A stretch of DNA of 58,627 nucleotides, counting the filler, from Trypethelium eluteriae (Eukaryota), in NCBI GenBank assembly GCA_051942245.1. It is 4 parts of 4 records of this genome, joined end to end, with 100 filler letters (N's around TTAATTAATTAA, not from the genome) between each part and the next. Parts side by side here need not be neighbours in the genome. Positions count along the whole stretch, not along the records: positions 14,716 to 29,325 come from JAVECL010000682.1; positions 29,426 to 43,989 come from JAVECL010000683.1; 2 more parts are not named here. One strand, given 5' to 3'. The stretch's first letter is position 1; each line of letters starts with the position of its first letter. The position numbers were made by a program, and so were the translations under genes. Below the pieces are notes generated by a model. That model worked only from the letters and a program-made list of their open reading frames with translations. It was not told the origin of the DNA and did not search any database. Shown in pieces: positions 24,641 through 36,939 of the stretch.

Positions 24641-25274
24641 GAATTGGGAATAGTACTACAGAGCTTGTCCGTTGTCAACGGCCTCACTAGATGCGTTCAC
24701 GCTCATTTAGGAGATCTCCCGTTGACACGATCCAATCACAATGCTAGAGACGTCAAAGCTGTCGATGTCTAAAGCTCAGTCGACGATGTTAACCACGTTT
24801 CATGATTTCGCTTGGATAAGGGCGACTGACATGGCAAAGTGGCGCATCTAATCCCTACAGGTACGCGAGTTCAACTTCTCCTTTTCTAGCAAGACTCAAC
24901 TGCTTTGTAAAAATAGTAGGCAATCAGCTCATGATTTACTGTTTTTCTGGACTTACGCTTAACACTTATGTCCAAGTGTCTTTGCCGCCAGCGAGGCAAA
25001 GCAAGCGCTATGACTATCATCCTGTATCCATAATTTCCCTTCTGCACGTAGAGCAACGTGTGCAAGGACCTGGATGCTTGTATCCCGAGTTGACCAACCG
25101 AGATCACTGTTAGCGTTTTGCTTTGTTATGTACATAGGTACTCAGTACCTACTTGACGTGTTTCCTTTTCATTCCAATGCTCAGTGAACCGCTCGTTTCT
25201 ATTTCATTACCAAACTTCATTCATTCCTTTGACATAATACACTCTTCACCGTCGACCTTCTTGAGGTTGTTGGT

Positions 25275-27391
25275 ATGGCCAGTGAAGCAAGTGGTGGGAA
25301 ACGCCATAGTGGTGCAGTGCATCGAGCCACTCTCTCAGATCCAAATCCCAATGAGACGTTTGCACGGTACCAAAGTGCACCGTTCCGGCAATTCTCGCAA
25401 CGCAACTTTCACAATGCAGCATTTCACGATGTCACACCGATGCTGAACAACGGCAAAGGGGCATCCCTTCAGAACGACTTGTCCGATCACCATGCTATGC
25501 AGGAAGTTCTGGAACGGCAAAAGAAACTAGAGGATACTCTAGACACAGTCGTGAATCATAGCAACAGCCAGAGGCCGAATGATGGCGCTGGTGCAGGGCA
25601 TCCTGAAGATTATGATGCCGTGGATTTCGATCCAAGCGCTGGACAGGCAAACGTCGGTGGCCAGACCAAACGTCCTGCGTATTCTCTGGCTGGACCCAGG
25701 GGTCCACCACCAACGGATCAATACAAGGCGCACAGAGATCCCGACTATCGGCACTTTGGAGAGGAAGAAGACGCAAAGTCCGGACCGCAGTGGGGACTTG
25801 CAAAGCCATTCCCTCATGTGAGTCGAAGGGGCAGACGTGGTCGATCTACGAAGAAACGCGGTGCTGAAAGAAAAAGCGAAGGCGGGCACCCGCAAGGTCA
25901 AGTATGATGTCACTGAATAGCATCCTGTCTCTGTGACTTTACTAATTGCATCATAGGTTGGTGGAGGACCTGGGGGCCATCACGGCTCTCCAGTAAGGGG
26001 CCAGCCGCAAGGCGAAACCCCGGGGGGCCCAGCTACCAAGGCGAGGGAACAAGCAGACGAAGACGAAGAAGGTCACGCCAACTTTGTGGAGCATTTCGCA
26101 GATACCTTGACAGGTCCGGGAGAACTGGGTGGTGCTGGGAATGATAGCCAAGAGACTCTCACTGATGAGGCTGACGCGGATGATGATGAGCAGGAGGAGG
26201 AGGAGGAAGAAGAAGTCCCTAACTATTGGTTTGGCATTCGACGAATGATACGCGAACCTTTAGCAGAGTAGGTTGACTTGTACCTCTCAAATTTTGCATA
26301 AAAGCTCACAGCATCCAGATGGCTAGCAACTATGGTTGCCGTCTTGATGGGCGTGGCAGGCAATCTTCAAGTGAAAACTTCCGAAGGCAAGGATGGAAGC
26401 TTCACCCAAGAAGCTGCTATGTGGGGAATTGGCACCATGATGGCCATTTACATTGCTGGTGGCATATCTGGAGCCCACTGTAAGTTTCGAATGTCTCCAA
26501 AACTGGCTTCACTTGCTTATTACGAACTAGGCAATCCAATGGTATCCATCTCACTCACAGTCTTTCGAGGCTTTCCGTTCCGTAAATGTATCATCTACAT
26601 TGCTGCTCAGTGTGTTGGCGCAATAACTGCAGTCTTCATAGTCTACGGCATCTACAAGGACGCCATTCTTTATCTGGATCCTCATAAGACAACGGGCAGC
26701 GATACCACTAATACCGGAACCGCTTTTTTCACATTGCCAGCGTCTTTTGCCACCCCAGTCACAGCTTTCTTTACCGACTTTACGTCTGCAGCAGTAATGT
26801 GAGTAACTACTCCCAATTTTGAATTGCGCGATATCCCTATGAGACTCTCTGAGGACTATTCAGTGCTTGCATATTGTCACATATGAACAAAAGCTGACAT
26901 GCTGACAATTGATGCAATATAGGCTGGGAACCATCCTTGCTCTTGGAGACGATACGAACGCGCCCCCAGGAGCCGGTATGCACGCGCTCATCATCGCCAT
27001 CATCGGCTTTGCTATGGCGTGCACACTTGGATACAATACGGGTCCACAGACAAACCCAGCAAAAGACCTCGCTACCCGCCTTGTTCCCTGGATCGTTGGG
27101 TACGGCTCTGAAATGTGGGAGAGAGCCTGGTGGGTGGAAGCCTGGACGGCTGCCGTGGGTGGAGGTTTATTCGGAAGTCTGGTATATGATCTGGCTATAT
27201 TCGAGGGCCCTGAAAGCCCAGTAAACTATCCAAGAGTTAAAAGGAAGCGGGCCAGAAAAGGCACCAAAGGCAAGTGGTTCAAGACTGGGCTTTTTGGGAA
27301 AAGCAAAAAGCAGGGGGCAAAGAAAGATCTCGAAGACGGCACGATCGGCATCCTCGATCCAACCCGGGAAAAGAGACTGGACGGACACTAA
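25275..27391 (+). CDS. Aquaglyceroporin (MIP family) with long hydrophilic N-terminus, multi-exon
   Basis: IREPLAE/WLATMVAVLMG, GGISGAH-C-NPMVSISL (spliced), FRGFPFRKCIIYIAAQCVGA, LGDDTNAPPGAG, LGYNTGPQTNPAKDLATRL, YDLAIFEGPESPVNYP. Four GT-AG introns connect the ORF pieces. Confidence 0.9.
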
Positions 27392-27637
27392 TTATCGACC
27401 TACTGCAGCGTGGTTGCCTCATATCAAAAGGAATAATTATGATGGATCTGGACAAAAATATACATATCGGCAAGCTCGCATTTCGGACGGCGGCATGAGT
27501 AAAAACATATGATACCCTTCACAGTACACGGTTGATGGCATTTATAAAAGGTACACGATTAGACATACTGCATAATACATAGTTCTGTTAGCGTACTCTA
27601 AACATAATTGTCTTCATATTCTGTTATGCCAGGTACA

Positions 27638-28786
27638 CTACGATCCATGATGCTCTCTACCATGTCTAAAGACTAAGAACCTGCTTTGACCTCTATCATC
27701 TACCCAGGCTCTGAACATACCTCCACAGTTGAAATCGAATACCACGTTTCCTTCACGATCATTCAACTCTATGCCGATCATCCCTCCTTCTCCCTCCCCG
27801 GTCTTATGCCATCTATCGCCCGCTGACTTTTGTAGGTCGCCATTCGGACCCGCAACTTGCGTGACTGCTGCTTGCAATCGCTGGTGAGAGTAGTGAGCGA
27901 TGGCAGAGGCAGTTCTGACTGCATTCAAGCGCAAGAATGAGTCTCCGTTGCCTGTACCAGACATGGCAGCTGCTCTTCTACGATCTGTTTCATCACTCCA
28001 CTCTTCCGCCCAGAAACCAGCACCAAGGGTTGGAGTGTCCCCGATTCTTCCGGGTAACTTGTTTGTAAGGCCTCCAGTCGAAGTCGCTACGCACAAAGTG
28101 CCGCTACTGTCAAGCACAACAGCTCCAACTGTTCCCTGAGCAAGGTACTCATGGCCATCCCAAGACGGATCACCATCAGAAGACACGTTGAGGCCCGCCA
28201 TCATTCTATCATAAGCCTTCCTATCAACTTCACTCAACACTGCATCCCCGCTCCGCTCCTTCTCTAGCCCTCTCTTGTGCTCTTCCCAGCGTCTTCTCGT
28301 CCAATGATACCTCTCATCCACCATATCTAAGCCCCACTCCTCAGCCAATCCCTCCAGATACGGTCCGGCCAGCTGGCAATGACCCTGACCTCCTCCGCCA
28401 TTTTCTTCCTCCCCCCGGATCAGCAACTCCCGCGCCAATTGAATTGGATTCTTCACCCGCTTCAATCCCATGCAGCCAACGCCCCGCTTTTGGAAACCCC
28501 TCGAAACCATAACACTAGCTTCGAGCTCGAGCGTCCCAGCGCGGGTGAAGACAGCGCCCTTACCAGCGTTGAAGAGCGGATTGTTCTCCAGGAGGGAAAC
28601 AGCATGTGTGGCGACATCGAGAGCGTGGGAGGCCGGTTTAGCGAGACGGGATGAGGCTGAGTGAAGAATGGACAGAAGAGCGGAGCGGAACTCATTGTAG
28701 CGCTTGGGGGGGAGGTTCTCTTCGGTGATGTTGCCGGCTCCGCCGTGGATAATGATTCGGGGTCGGATCGGCTTGCGTACCGTCAT
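27638..28786 (-). CDS. Type-2 (plant-type) L-asparaginase / isoaspartyl peptidase, Ntn-hydrolase
   Basis: IIIHGGAGNI, LENNPLFNAGKGAVFT, GTVGAVVLD (nucleophile Thr), ATSTGGLTNKLPGRIGDTP, SGTGNGDSF. Confidence 0.92.
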   Translation of the reverse strand: MTVRKPIRPRIIIHGGAGNITEENLPPKRYNEFRSALLSILHSASSRLAKPASHALDVATHAVSLLENNPLFNAGKGAVFTRAGTLELEASVMVSRGFQKRGVGCMGLKRVKNPIQLARELLIRGEEENGGGGQGHCQLAGPYLEGLAEEWGLDMVDERYHWTRRRWEEHKRGLEKERSGDAVLSEVDRKAYDRMMAGLNVSSDGDPSWDGHEYLAQGTVGAVVLDSSGTLCVATSTGGLTNKLPGRIGDTPTLGAGFWAEEWSDETDRRRAAAMSGTGNGDSFLRLNAVRTASAIAHYSHQRLQAAVTQVAGPNGDLQKSAGDRWHKTGEGEGGMIGIELNDREGNVVFDFNCGGMFRAWVDDRGQSRFLVFRHGREHHGS

Positions 28787-29325
28787 TGCGGGGATGAATT
28801 ATGGTGGTATGGTAGACCTTGTTTCGGATCCCGGCCGTCTTTGGGCGCTTCCGTTCATTTGTTTTGTATACAATAGTCAATGTGAAGCCCCGAGACACAC
28901 CTTCCCAGTACTTCGGCGGTAGGCGGGAGGGTTGATAAAGCGGGAAGACCAATGCGGAATTGTGGTAGCACCAAAAACACCGGACCAATACAAATTCCTT
29001 GTTACGCTCCGGAGCTAGCTCCGTCACCCCACTCCGCTGCCTCTCTATTTCGCACTATTCCCTCTGAATAGAGACTGCCGCATTCGAATGCTGTCATGAT
29101 GACTGCCGTCGAACAGCACACTCGCTTAGCGGCTATGACGGCGAGTCGGTGTACGAGGTGTACGGAGGTTAGGTACGTCAACAGACTTTGCTAGATTATA
29201 TAAGACAACAAGTACTCCTTGTTGCAGAATGCAGACCGTCCCGCCCTCGCACGCACACGAAACACGAACATGGAAAAGTTCAGTGAAAAGCTCCCCGACG
29301 GTAGGACCCTCAACGGCCTGATTTC

Positions 29326-29425
29326 NNNNNNNNNNNNNNNNNNNNNNNNNNNNNNNNNNNNNNNNNNNNTTAATTAATTAANNNNNNNNNNNNNNNNNNN
29401 NNNNNNNNNNNNNNNNNNNNNNNNN
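29326..29425. other. Artificial spacer/join (N44-TTAATTAATTAA-N44)
   Basis: Same linker as at 14616. Confidence 0.97.
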
Positions 29426-31388
29426 TCCTCACTCTCCTCATTCTTCCCATCCAGCTCACCGAGGCCACCTCGCTTCCCCTCCCCATTCCTCTCCATCCTT
29501 CCCCCCGGCATCCTCGCCCGCTGCCGCTCCGCCCACTTCCGACTGGCCGCCCTTCCCCTCTCCGCCGCCTCCGCCCGCGCCTTCCTCGCCGCATCCTCCT
29601 TCGTCCTGCGCGTCACCTCCCGCTCGGCGTTCTCGTCGCGGTCGCGCGCGAAGATAGCGCGGGCGCGCTCGCGCTGGTGGGCGAGCTCCGAGGCCGAGAT
29701 GGGGGGTTTGGTGAGGGAGGTAGAGGCTGAGGTAGAGGAGGAGGTGGTGGTGGCGCTGACGGTGGCGACGGTGGTGGAGGAAGAGGTGCGGGATTTGGAG
29801 GTGTTGGCGAGGGAGGAGGAAGTGGAGGTGGGCGTGGGCGTGGACGTGGACGTGGAGGCAGAGGGTCGTGACTTCGTGGAGTGGGTTGAGGGACGGGGGA
29901 TGGGTCTGTGAGTTGAGGTGGTGGGTCGGGACGTCTGAGATGGTCTTGATGCAGGGCCGCGGGACGGGATGGAGAGCTTGCGTTTGCTCCCGGCGCTGAT
30001 GGCGTTGTTGAGCTGCTGATGGGTGGCACTGATGCGAGCACGACTTGTGGCTGTGGGTTTGACGGTGATGGCTGGATTGGCGGTCTTCCTGACTGGACGG
30101 GCTTTGAGCTCACACTTCTTCTGTTCATTCGCTCCTTCGCGATTGAGACGTTCTTCTCGCTTGACTTTGAGTTTTGCTGCAACAGCGTCTCCCGGTAATC
30201 GAAACGTTGGTCTGGTAACAGGCTTGTTTGATTTATGGGGCGGAGCAGGAGCAGGAAATGAGAGGCTCATTGGTCTTCGTTTTGATGGTTCTATCTCCTT
30301 GTTGTATGCTTCCTCAGCATTGGAACGAGTGACTACACTGGCGACGGAGTTCCTGTTTAGGATGCGAGTATCCCGAGTTGATGCTGCTTTGACATGACGG
30401 GTCTTCGTGGTTTCCCGTGCCACTGAAAGGCGGCTGTCCTGACCAGATTGTCTTGAAATCCTCCTATCCGCCGGGCTTGTAGGCTTTTTCGGCATAAGCT
30501 TCGAGCCGCTGTCACTGCTAGAGTCATTTTTGTGATGACTAGACCCGTTCAGGATGTGAATTTCCTTCCCTACCTCTTCCAAGGCGTCTTCTAGAGCATC
30601 TATAGCTTCGATGGATTCTTCGGGCCGCTTTATGTGTTGCGATGGAGAAAGCTTTAGTGGCGTTTCTGCTGCGAGCTGTGCAACGTTTCTGTGTATTGAT
30701 GCTTCCTGCACAAGTCCCTCTTCCGCTTTCGATACGATATTCGCTGATCCCGTGGAGGAAGAGCGCGCTCCACCATCTACATCTGGGCATGTCTGCTGAG
30801 CTGGAGAAGATACTGTATCACTGGGGCCTGCCTTGTTGGGAGCTTCGTTTTCCGAGGCGCCCCTGTGCGGAGATACTCCATTTTCATCCTTATGTCCGGC
30901 TTGACAACCGCATGCAGGTGATTTCGAGGAACACATGTCGACTTGAAGCTCAGTCTGCGACGTTGTGAAGTATTCTGCTGCTCGTGTGTTAGATCAATTC
31001 TGGGCCAAATCAACAGAAACATACTATCAGCACCGGTTTTGGATGTCTTGTCTCCTACTTCTAGGGTTGAAGAAGCATCACCGGAGTTGGTTGGCAATAC
31101 ATCAACTCCAAGATTTCCCTGCTGGACTGTCTGTGGAATTATGTCTGAGCACGCTTTCTGGGCACCCTGCTTTCTACTCTTGGTCTTCTTGGATTTGGCC
31201 TTTCCTTTCTTCACTGAGATTTCGGTATCCAAGTCGCTAAGCGCATTCACCAGCTTGCGATCATTGTCCTGTATCTCTTCCAGCGGCGGACGCCCGAACT
31301 CCGCTGCTTGTGCTTGGTCAATGCCTGTATCCGCATCGTCGACATGGATCATTCCTGCACGGGCGGCAGCTCGCGTCGCCCTCGGCAT
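29426..31388 (-). CDS. Fungal hypothetical protein, basic Ser/Thr-rich with C-terminal coiled coil; 3' end at the spacer
   Basis: Exon 1 MPRATRAAARA...RPPLEEI splices to the 520-aa ORF containing KPVTRPTFRLPGDAVAAKLKVKREERL and KEDAARKARAEAAERGRAASRKWAERQ. Confidence 0.7.
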
Positions 31389-31749
31389 ATTGGGGTGAGC
31401 TGGATAGAAGTATCAATTGCGGTTGAAGGGTGCAACTGAGAAGCCTTGTTTTCTCAATTAGGTAGCGACACGTCGCAGCAACATTATCGATGTGGGGAGC
31501 TTGGCACGATACGGATAGCTGCAGACAAGACGGGGTCCGCCACGTGTTTACGCAACTTGCTGCTTCCGGATTGGGTTCGTTGGCCAGGCAATTGCGCTGA
31601 ACCGTAAGCATTTATACGGAGTACATTCAATCGTCCCAATTCATTTAGGTATCATCCAAGGCAGTCCGAAAAAAAACAGAACCAATCAAGCCAACGCACA
31701 TGATCCAAGGAACTCTCCAAGTATAGTGAATAACGACCTCTGCGAAATT

Positions 31750-34113
31750 TTAGAGCATCATGCTCCGCCTCCGTGCAGCTCGCATTGAACGCCCTGCCTC
31801 TATTCTTTCTGGCATTTCCTTTTCCAACCCATCTAGACTACTTGGCTTCTCCGACGCCTTGCGTCCCGTCATTACTCCTGACGTTTTTCGCAGACTCAAA
31901 TGTTTTGACTGTTGCACTACGTCTGCTGCCTCCGCCTTCGAAGGTACGTATTTGCCAGACAGTGACCTGTTCGGCCCGTCACGCACCTGGGAAAGCCGCC
32001 GGGTCAGCTTCGAGGCGGCATCTGTAGCAACTCCTGGTGTTGTCGAACCGTCTACTGGATTTGTAGGCGAAGACTCATCGAAATCGTAAATTTTGAGACT
32101 CTCCATCTCTCCTATGGCATCACTGACTCGCGTATCTTCACCTGCGGCTCTGTCTCTTCTCCTTATGCTGGTAGCTGCCAATGCCGACGTTGCCGGATCT
32201 TTGGAGAGCGTCTCTCCCACACTTGGTATTTCTCCGGGACTGCTCGTTATTGCTGGTGGCTCCGCTGGTTCCTGTGCGTTACTACCCTTCTGGCCAAGCG
32301 GGCTATTGATAGCTGTATCGGCCACAGTAGAAAGCCGTTTCCAGTCCACACATGAGTCTTCCTTCTTGACGACCACAGTCCTCATCTTTGTTTTCTCATC
32401 GATTGAGTTGTCACGCTTGTCCCCTAGACCGGCCTTCGAGTTCCTTTGTTGTCGTTCTCTCGATGCGACCGCGTCAGTCAAGTCCTTAGTGGGCCGTCTC
32501 ATCTTGCTGATAAGACTTGGCTCCGCATAACTGACTTGAGGACGGGCTCTTCTTGCTGTCCTCGCTGCTGCTCCATCGCCATGTTTCGGGACAGTAGCGG
32601 TGCCCAAATCACCAGGAGGGGGTGTATCCCGAGAATCTGCTCTGGTGGTGGACGCTGCAGTTGAGGTAGGAGAAAGCAGCTCTGCCGCAGCCGGCGTTTT
32701 TGGAGGTTGGCTGGATGCGCTTATCGAATTCGTATTATCCTGAGACAGAGCAGCACCGAGTGATTCGGACGTTGTTTCTATTCCTGCATCCGTGATTTTT
32801 GGTTGAGTGGCTTTCGTTCTTTCTTTCAACGTCTTGTCACTTGCAGTGACCGTAACCGATTTGCGAGGCGATACATTTGCACTTTCTATATCTACGATTA
32901 GGCAATTCTTCATCTGATGCACTTGACTGATACTTACTAGTGCCAAGAACTTTTCGTTCCCCTGATCCGCTCTGACGAAGCTCAGCCATTTTCTCAATCC
33001 TGTCGACGGTTTTTTGGCTGGTATCGTGGTTCGCAGTCATTGACTCGGATTCGGGACTGATCTTTCGACTATAGTAGAAGTCCTCGGTAGGCCTTGGCCC
33101 CGTCTCGTTAATGGCCCCAGTCCCATCCCGAACACTTAGCTTTCTCTTGGCTCCTGCCTTCAAGGTTGGCTTTGTATCATGAGGTTCTAGCGCAACTGTA
33201 GTGAATTGGAGGCCGGTTTGGTCTTTAGGTGACGAAGATTCAAATACTTGGATTCTCTTAGAGTCAAATCTCGTGTTGCTCTCTCGCCTCTTTCTTCGAG
33301 TTTCTAAATTTGGCGGAAGTGCTACCGAAATGCCATCAGCGTCGTTCAAATCGGGCTGCTCTGTCTGATTCCTTCGGGGCTCAAATTTGATCGGGTCGTC
33401 GCATTCAAAATGCGCAACTGGCGGAGGGCCAATATCCGGGGACTCATTTGTCTGGTCGGACAGTCTCAAACCTGCAATATCAACAGGTCTGAAAGAGTAT
33501 CAGTAAATATTCTTGGACGCATTTCACGCATGTCATACCCAATGCTTTGTCGCGGATAGCATGCATCCTCGTCGATTGCAGGCAATCGTCCTTCTTGTTC
33601 GGCTGCAATGTCCAATTTTGGAGGGCGCGTCAACTGGGAACACTGCTCGGATGACAATGCTACTCCTGTAAATGCTCGCTTTCCTTTTGGGCCTTTTTGC
33701 AACTTTTCGAGGTCTGTTACCAACGCGTTCAGCTCTCCCATCTTAGATATTAAGTTGTCCTTGATCTGGGCGAAGCTTGCAGGATTGACGCCCTGAATCG
33801 CTTCAAGCTGCGACTGCAAGTGTATGATATCTTCGCGAAGCGCGACATTTTCGGCTAAGAGGCGTGAGGTTTCCGTTTCGAGGGCGCTGATTCGGAGCGA
33901 TTGGCTAGAGTTGGTCCTGGAACCTTGTCAGTGCAATCCACCGATTTTCTTGATGAGGATATTACTTTGCGAGCTCACGGTTCTGTCTGAGGAATCGCCG
34001 TTTGACTGTGTAAAATGCATTAGCGAATTGGTAACAGCGACTGCGGTCGAAGAGGTATCTGTACGAGCTTCTACAGACTCTGTAGGCGCCGGCGCCTCAT
34101 TCAGTCTTGCCAT
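31750..34113 (-). CDS. sgo1: Shugoshin
   Basis: N-terminal coiled coil MARLNEAPAPTESVEA.../...TNSSQSLRISALETETSRLLAENVALREDII, and C-terminal SGO motif RTARRARPQVSYAEPSLISKMRRP, ending RRRSMML. Several introns. Confidence 0.9.
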
Positions 34114-34424
34114 ATAGCAGAGAGGTGTTAACGATATATCTCGAAAAGCTCGCAAAGATTCGAACCAAGCTCACGTTGCTGCTCCTAGTGTGTGTTCGCA
34201 ATGGCAGGAAAGACGTAGGCGGACCCTGAAAATAATTCACATGTTGCGTGCAACAACAACAGTTTTCTACATGCGGTTAGTGCCCCATGCAGCTTGACCC
34301 ACTTCCCTTCCGCGTCTCTACCGACGCACTCAAGGCACGTACTATATGTACGCCATCGCTTCAGCGGACGCGACATTTTGTTACCACTCTGTACTGAGGA
34401 TACCAATGTGCTAGGTACTCTTGA

Positions 34425-34954
34425 ATGGCGTTCACCGGCCGAACTCTCCCTCCGCATTTGCGTCATCCATCAATCTCGGGTTCCCAGGCTGCCTCTGGCC
34501 AATCTCCTGTCCTGCTCGCACGCATCAATGAGAAAAAGGTCGAGCTTGAGAATCTTCGGCAACTGCGAGATCTGAGCGCAGGCCTTGCGACACAGATGGA
34601 AACCCTGGAGGAGAAATTGGCTACATTGACGGATGGGACAGAAGGTAAGTAACCATATGCATGACCGATTAGGGTCGACTGATTCTTTGTGACCATCAGC
34701 TGTTGCTGCCGTCTTATCAAATTGGCACAACGTTCTACGCGCTATACACATGGCATCACGTGGGTCATTCCTACACAAGGCTTTCAAGCAAACACTGAAT
34801 TCGATTGTTAGAGAAAATACCAAAGCCTAAGGACAACACAGAGGAACAAGAGCGAACGGAGAAAGACGTGCCTCTACCGCAGACGCTGGTGCGCGTTCCC
34901 ACCAACCAAGCTGCCGCTGTCACTCAAAGGGCAGCGGAGGGTGCAGACGACTGA
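34425..34954 (+). CDS. dad2: DASH/Dam1 complex subunit Dad2, 2 introns
   Basis: LLARINEKKVELENLRQLRDLSAGLATQMETLEEKLATLTDGTE/AVAAVLSNWHNVLRAIHMAS/...PLPQTLVRVP; stop TGA at 34952-34954. Confidence 0.9.
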
Positions 34955-35785
34955 GAAAGCTTTGCTCACCTGGCTTTGGGCCGCCTTCAGTTTCGTAGCG
35001 CTCTGGCTACTCATACGGGCTGTCCTGCTGGATAGGCTTGAATTCATTATCAATTCGGTCAAGATCCATCGACAAGGTACCACGAGTAGCTCCCGATACA
35101 AGCAGACATTATCAAAGTGCCACGATGCGCACCAATGCGCCGATTATTTCCACATCACGAGGCTACCTCAGAGGTTTACAACATGGTTCGGAAAAGGCCC
35201 ATAGGCTGTCCCATTGGGAAGACCGGAGTCAATACAGCACGCCAGAGGTCTTCGTTGAGATTGGAGGTACTGTATTTCGTGCAGTACCCTTTCCCGTTCG
35301 ATGTAGGCTCTCAGAATGTATTCAAAATCTCCTTCAGAGGTCTTGAACTTGTCGACAGCCACGCCAAGTAACGGACCTTTTTGTTTCAGCCCTATCGCAC
35401 ATGGTATACATGGAAACTGCTGTGCTCGTTCGCCAGATTATACGCATGAGAATGACGGCGGCTCTTTACTGACCAATATCCTGGGGAAAGCTTGCCAACG
35501 TCACGAAAAGCCGTTGTCAAGATGCTATTCATTGGGGACTACCATAGCGTGTGTGTCTGCAGCCGGGTCTAGGTTCTGTTAGTGATGCCATACGAATCAG
35601 AGGGTTGATGCCTATAGCTTTTGTGCATCGCTTTCAAAGAGTATATTGGCAAAGCACTGAGCGTGATTGCTATCACTTTCAAAGAGACTTTCGAGCCGTA
35701 CTTACGCTGAATAGATTATGATAATCTCTGACCCTCAATATCTGCCAAGCATCGTAAATGAACATTCAAGAGAAATTTGTCCATC

Positions 35786-36354
35786 TCAAGATGAATTTGA
35801 TTTATGCGTAACGTTCCTAGGCATTTTTTCGTACGCGTTGGGCCTGGCCTGCTTTGATCTGGCTTGCTTCCTAGGCTGCTCTTCTGAGCCCTCTCCGCCA
35901 TCAGTGCCGGCTTGACCCTCAGACAATTCAGGGGTGTCATGCTGATGATGTTGTCGCCTTCCAAGACCTTGGCCTCGGGGATGGGCTCTACTCGTGTCGG
36001 GCTCGCTATCTGACTCATCTGAAGATGAATCCGATGAATCTTCGTCCGATGATTCACCGACTTCTCGTGGCTTGTGGTATATGCAGCAAACTGTTATGCT
36101 ATTAGCGTTCGCTAGTGCAACAGACCCGTTTTTAAAAGGTTGGTGATACCTTTTGAAGACTTTTTGCCCATGCCTTCGTTATCTACCACATCTTCTGCCC
36201 ATTTAATATGCCTGTTCTCTGTGGATACGGCTCGAAGGCGGAGTGTACCAGAGGGGTTACTGGTACTATTGACAGGACTGCCCGTTGTTGTTGCGGTGGC
36301 TGTAGTGGTAGTCGTCGCATTGCGAGGAGCTCGCTCAGCTGCTTGAGTAGTCAT
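35786..36354 (-). CDS. ypi1: Protein phosphatase 1 regulator Ypi1 (inhibitor-3), 1 intron
   Basis: GTLRLRA, RVxW-type [40 protein letters not shown], and C-terminal PNAYEKMP. Confidence 0.9.
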
Positions 36355-36939
36355 ACTCTATGAACTGTACAAGCAATATCAGGTAGTAGGGACTCAAATC
36401 TGGGCAGAGAATTGTAGAGAACAAAGTTGGCTTGGTGGGGAAGTGGAGGGACCAAGGAAAGTCTATAGGCGGTAATGTGCAGAAAAACAACTAGGGTGCG
36501 ATTGCGGCTCTAGTTGAGGTATGTCATGGGTCAGGTGACTCCATCGCTTTCCGCCCCGCTAGTTCTAATGTAGTGGCAGGGTGGCTAGCTTCGCTCCCGC
36601 CGCAGCATTCAACGCGTAGTCAAAGTGGTGGATAGTTAGCCCACCTTCGCGGCACCACATTTCCATACCCTCGCCCTTTCACTTTGCTCGTAACACGTTC
36701 TCTGCCGGCGTCATCACCTTCTGTAGGCTGCCGCCTGCTAGCTGATACATCTGCAGCACGCTTCTCCAATCTGCCCTCCGTTGCGGTATTTCACCTAGCC
36801 CGCCCCGCCTCAACCCTCAATTCAAGAGATAGTTGAACCGCGACAGTCGCATGATAAATCCATCCGTCAACTGAGGGCGCTCCCCGTGAGCGTCTGCGTC
36901 TTCTGAGCATCTCTGGTCGTCGCGATCGTTGCTTTCAAG

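Noticed and set aside
29613..30182. Proline-rich 189-aa ORF
   Set aside because: Alternative frame of the low-complexity Ser/Thr tract of the 29426-31388 gene.
34960..35700. Possible small gene between dad2 and ypi1 (DKFKTSEGDFEYILRAYIERERVLHEIQYL)
   Set aside because: Protein-like stretch, but I could not assemble a start, splice pattern or family.
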